In this document: piece after piece, positions 60,338 through 64,000 of the stretch
How positions within the stretch are numbered: the first letter of the stretch is position 1
How the letters are laid out: the number at the start of each line of letters is the position of its first letter
Source of the DNA: Raillietiella orientalis
Lineage: Eukaryota
NCBI GenBank assembly: GCA_036172245.1
Contig: JAYWIR010000022.1
Span: 620,001-684,000 of the forward strand
Direction: 5' to 3'
DNA length: 64,000 nt
Translations under genes and position numbers: made by a program
The notes under the pieces: generated by a model
What the model was told of the DNA's origin: nothing
The model's input: only the letters and a program-made list of their open reading frames with translations
The model's database searches: none

Positions 60338-62160
60338 TTTTTCATCTGGTCACGCCAGTGCGTTTATTTTATAGAGATGAACCAGTCGGGAACACTCTGG
60401 TTCCCAAACAAAGGCACAAGTTCAAGGAATACTGGAAAGTCCGGAGCAGAGAAATGGAGGGAGACAAACCACACAAAAATGGGGAATCCGGGGGAGGTGG
60501 AGCAGGGATCTTTGGGTTCGCTCTTCACACTGAATATGTAAAAACCGGGGAAGGTCCGGAGCAAAAGGAAGTGGAAATGAAAAAAAAAAAAAACAAAGAA
60601 AATAAGGTGATGATGATGATGATGATGATGGGGACAAGGGTCACCGGTTTCCGCAAAAACAGCGCCGCATGCTCGCGGTCCCTGCCTTGGCATCTTCTTG
60701 CAGGTGAGGCCACCCTGCAGCCATCCTCATGTAGGCGACTCCCATCATGGTGACCTTTCGCTGCGTGGTCGTCCCCAGCACGTGGAGGACCGTGACAATG
60801 GCGCTCCCTTCCGGAGTCCTCCCGGTGCGAAGAGCCGTCGCAGAGTATCCTCCTGATGCAGGAGCGCGCTGACGCCAGCCTCTGCTGCAGTTCCTGGAGG
60901 GCACCACAGTCCAAAAGCGGGTGCTGATCGACTCTACCGACCCACACTGACCAGTTCGGCTATGCAACCCCTTCGGAAACGAGGGTGCTGACTGACTGAA
61001 CTAGAGTTCCCAGCGCAGAAACAGGCAGCACAATTTGTCTCCAGCTTAAGGGGAACTCGGAAGTTTTCAAACAACAGGGAGGAGCCACAAGATCTTCGGG
61101 GATGCACTCGACAGTTGGAGCCACTAAAGGAGTCCTTTCTCCTGGATATGCGGAATAGCATCGTCTGCCAGCTCGCGCATCTTCCAGCCGCCAAGGAGTT
61201 TTGTCTCGTCTGTAACGGCGCAACCGGCACCGATGGACAACTGTTACATTTTGCCCAGAGGGCCGACAGCGCTGCGGCAAGAAGTGTGGCGGCGGCCTGG
61301 GTGAACCACTTCGTCGAGTCCTGCATCACCGCTTCCTGAAGGTGGCTTAGGAAGTGGCGCAGAGGGCGAAGTTGCTCCGGGAACATACCTTGGAACGCAG
61401 CCCGGGACTCAACCACCTCCTGTCACCAAGCGCTGGAGTTCAGAGGGTGGCAGGAGACCCGCTGTTGGGCTTCCAGGAGCGAGGTGAATTGTCTGAGGGG
61501 AAGCTAAATCCTCCATCCTGTACAGGAATCTTGGCAGCAATGAGAGCAGTCCTTCGCTGCCGGCGCATCTCTTCAGGATGAGGCGTTCTGGCGCACAGAA
61601 CGGGGGAGTCCACAACCTTGCGCACAGCGCCAGCATTCGGAACTGTGGACCTGCAGTCTGATTCTCTCCAGCGTCAAGATGGCTAAACCAGAAGCCCGAC
61701 GCGAATCCGCCCAAGTCATTGAGGCGGATCCCGGACCTCGCAGGTCTCCAGAGAGCATTCCTCAATAGGCGTTGAGTCCGAGAAATTAGTCCGAAAGTAG
61801 AGGGAGGCACTAGTCCGTCGTATCTCAGGGACCGCAGCACGCCTTGCTGCAGATGACGAAGAAGGCGTATCAATGTGATCTTCCCGGATACGGAGCGATG
61901 TCGTATCCGATTCTTGAAGGAATTCTTGTGGATTCTAGAATTCCCGCTCTGACAGAGGGCTGCCGTCCTGCTGGAAGTGTTGGTCTCCTTTGTGATGCCG
62001 AGCGTCTTACCACCCTCGAGGAGCAGCGTATCCGACGAGTACTTGTGGTGCGCATCGTGGACTGGTTGCTCCCGGTCCTTTCTCGGCTTCACGGAGGGCG
62101 AGAATGCTCTGCAAAGGGCGCTAAACCTTCCCTCAAGCTACCCAGGAACTCTCCAATAGC
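60338..62160 (-). mobile_element. L1/Tx1-like ORF2 3' half plus 3' UTR (copy G)
   Basis: KTLGIT (~KYLGI), RSVSGKITLIRLL, VPPSTFGLISRTQRLLRNALW, HPLLDCGALQEL, YMRMAAGWPHLQ; ends AAATAAACGCACTGGCGTGACCAGATGAAAAA. Confidence 0.82.
60608..60630. repeat. (TGA)n microsatellite inside the copy G 3' UTR
   Basis: Direct read. Confidence 0.95.
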
Positions 62161-62199
62161 ACTTTACGCCTCCCCGCTGACACGCATAGAGTTCATGGA

Positions 62200-63700
62200 C
62201 ATGCATAGATGATAACGGTGCTCATTTGGCTAGTAGAGAAGCGAAACCAACCACCACGCCACCCACAACCCCTTAGCAGCCCCTTAGCAGATCTCTCTGA
62301 GGCAAGGTGCGGAGAAGCGATCTCCTCCTCGACGGAGAGTGGACACGCCTCGGGGCCGTTGTGGAGCCAATTCAGAATCGGCATCAGTGAGCACACTCTC
62401 CGACACTCCTCGACCTCTCCCAAAGCGCTCCTTTCGACAATCTTTAGCGCGGAAGGGTCTGCTGCTCTCCTCTCTATTTGCTCACTCATTTGTCCCCCCA
62501 CTCCACCGTGCCTCTGTCCCTCTCAGGAGGTCCGCCCACCTACTGCGTATGCGCCTTCCGACAAGGTCAGGGGTTCTTGAAAGTCTTTACCTGCATCCTG
62601 CGGTTGAACGCCCTGGTGCGCTCGAAATGAGAATGCACAAGCGGAACGTCCACGCACTCTCCTCCTTCAGCTTTGCCTCCTTGTTTGACTAGAGACGGTC
62701 GCTAAGGGAGCAGTTGGAGGCGCCGGGTTTCCTCTTGAGTTCTCGCTTGCCTCGGTGGGGGCTGCACTGCGCCTGGGAAGAATCGACGGCCGCCGTCCTT
62801 GGCAAGGTCATTGAGCGCGCTCGCGATGCCGAAAGGACCGAACCATCTGCTCGTTCCTTCCTTCCGTTCCTCCGGAAGAACTCACCATTCTCATGCCGCT
62901 GGGATTCACGGCAGGTTCCCGATTCGGCTCCAGTGTCGATTCGTGCAAACCTCATATGCCCAACGCAGTGTCAACATGGGCGAGGGAGGCAAGCTCCGCT
63001 TTCGTCTCTTCTCAAACCAACAGAGACGCAAAAGGCATCTTTCCAGGGAGCAGAATCCACGCGATCGATAAGTCCACGCTGCTGAAGCGAACCATCAGAA
63101 CGGTCACAAAGGAGGAGGCTCGATCTTCAGCCACGAAGATAAGAATCGGCGAAAGACTTCTGTTGGAACGAGAGTTCACATCGCAAGTGAAGGATCACCT
63201 GCTGTTGCTGTCTGTGGAAAAGGGGGCGCCGTTCATCTGCATTTGGTCGCCTTTCCCTCTGGCCTTGCTGCGGACTTGCTGACCTTCGTATGAAGCGTCA
63301 GGCACCTCTTGTCTCGTTGAGACGGGAAAAGCACGCTGTCCTGTCTGCTTTCAGCTGTCTGCATGTGCACGCGGAGTTTGTTGCCAGGCGGCGGCGGCAT
63401 CTCTCCTCATCCTCCACCTTCTTATCTCTTTTGGATTTCCAACGCATTCCTGCTTCCTTGTGTTTCTTATCTTGCCCGCCAGGAGTTTTCCGCACGAACC
63501 CCCAAGTCTTAATGCTCCTTCAGCATGCTGGGAGAAGACTGCCATTTTCGAGGACGCGTATTCCTTTTCCTCCCCCCCCTCTTCGTCTCCAGGAGGAGAT
63601 TCCATCTCTTTCAAGGGAACAGAAAACATCACTGACTCTCCTGAAAATGCTGTGCACTGTGAAAACCCATGTAAGCTGGCTTTACCCGGATCTGATGCAA
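62200..63700 (+). mobile_element. L1/Tx1-like reverse transcriptase domain remnant
   Basis: AVGGAGFPLEF (~PGxDGxPxEF), FLRKNSPFSCRWDSRQVP (~KK...WRPI), KGIFPGSRI (~GFxPGRxI), DGKSTLSCLLSAVCM (~QGxPLSxLL), QHAGRRLPFSRT (~SGLxLNxxK). Confidence 0.6.
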
Positions 63701-63732
63701 GTATAACCAAAGTTCAGAAATTCCATGCCCCT

Positions 63733-63895
63733 CTCCATCCACATTTCTGCATCCACATGAATCCTCACCCACATCTGCGAGATCACCATCCACATCTGCA
63801 CCTAAATCCATTTCCACATCGACGTTAATGTACACATCCACATCGATGTGCTACATCTAGGTGCACACCCACATCGACATCTATATGCACATCTG
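63733..63895 (+). repeat. Degenerate CACATC/CATCCA hexamer-based low-complexity repeat
   Basis: Many CCACATC/CACATCGA/CACATCTG units. Confidence 0.75.
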
Positions 63896-64000
63896 CGTAC
63901 TAACTGAAAATTCCACATGGCACACATGAGAACACACCTCATTGATCAGAATATTCACATCTTCACTTGTTTGAAATTTTCATCCGCGCTTGCATAGTAC

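Noticed and set aside
63460..63828. His/Pro-rich protein
   Set aside because: Translation of a CACATC-type low-complexity repeat fused to an RT remnant.

Overview
Eukaryotic (animal, plausibly arthropod) genomic DNA. I can identify no intact host gene, RNA gene or CRISPR array. Positions ~1-15,400 look intronic/intergenic: moderate GC, rich in microsatellites and homopolymers. Positions ~15,400-63,700 are a visibly GC-rich graveyard of nested, frameshifted non-LTR retrotransposon fragments on both strands. It holds: (1) about ten 3' fragments of an L1/Tx1-like lineage (zf-RVT-type CCHC knuckle, a conserved 'RMAARWPHL...ELAGILxRMQ' C-terminus and a structured 3' UTR); (2) five copies of an ORF1-like head; (3) several R2/NeSL-type restriction-like-endonuclease (RLE) elements, including one near-full-length fossil; (4) CR1-, I/Jockey- and RTE-like RT remnants; (5) one Mutator-like (MULE) transposase remnant. 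Most long ORFs in the track are GC-rich shadow frames of these fossils. The most notable signal is a 3'-terminal module in the L1/Tx1-like copies: a hairpin, then AATAAAC, then a terminal hairpin. Its pairing is kept in several copies even though the first stem's sequence differs completely between them. All protein-family calls are motif recognition by eye across frameshifts, not database hits, and element boundaries are approximate.
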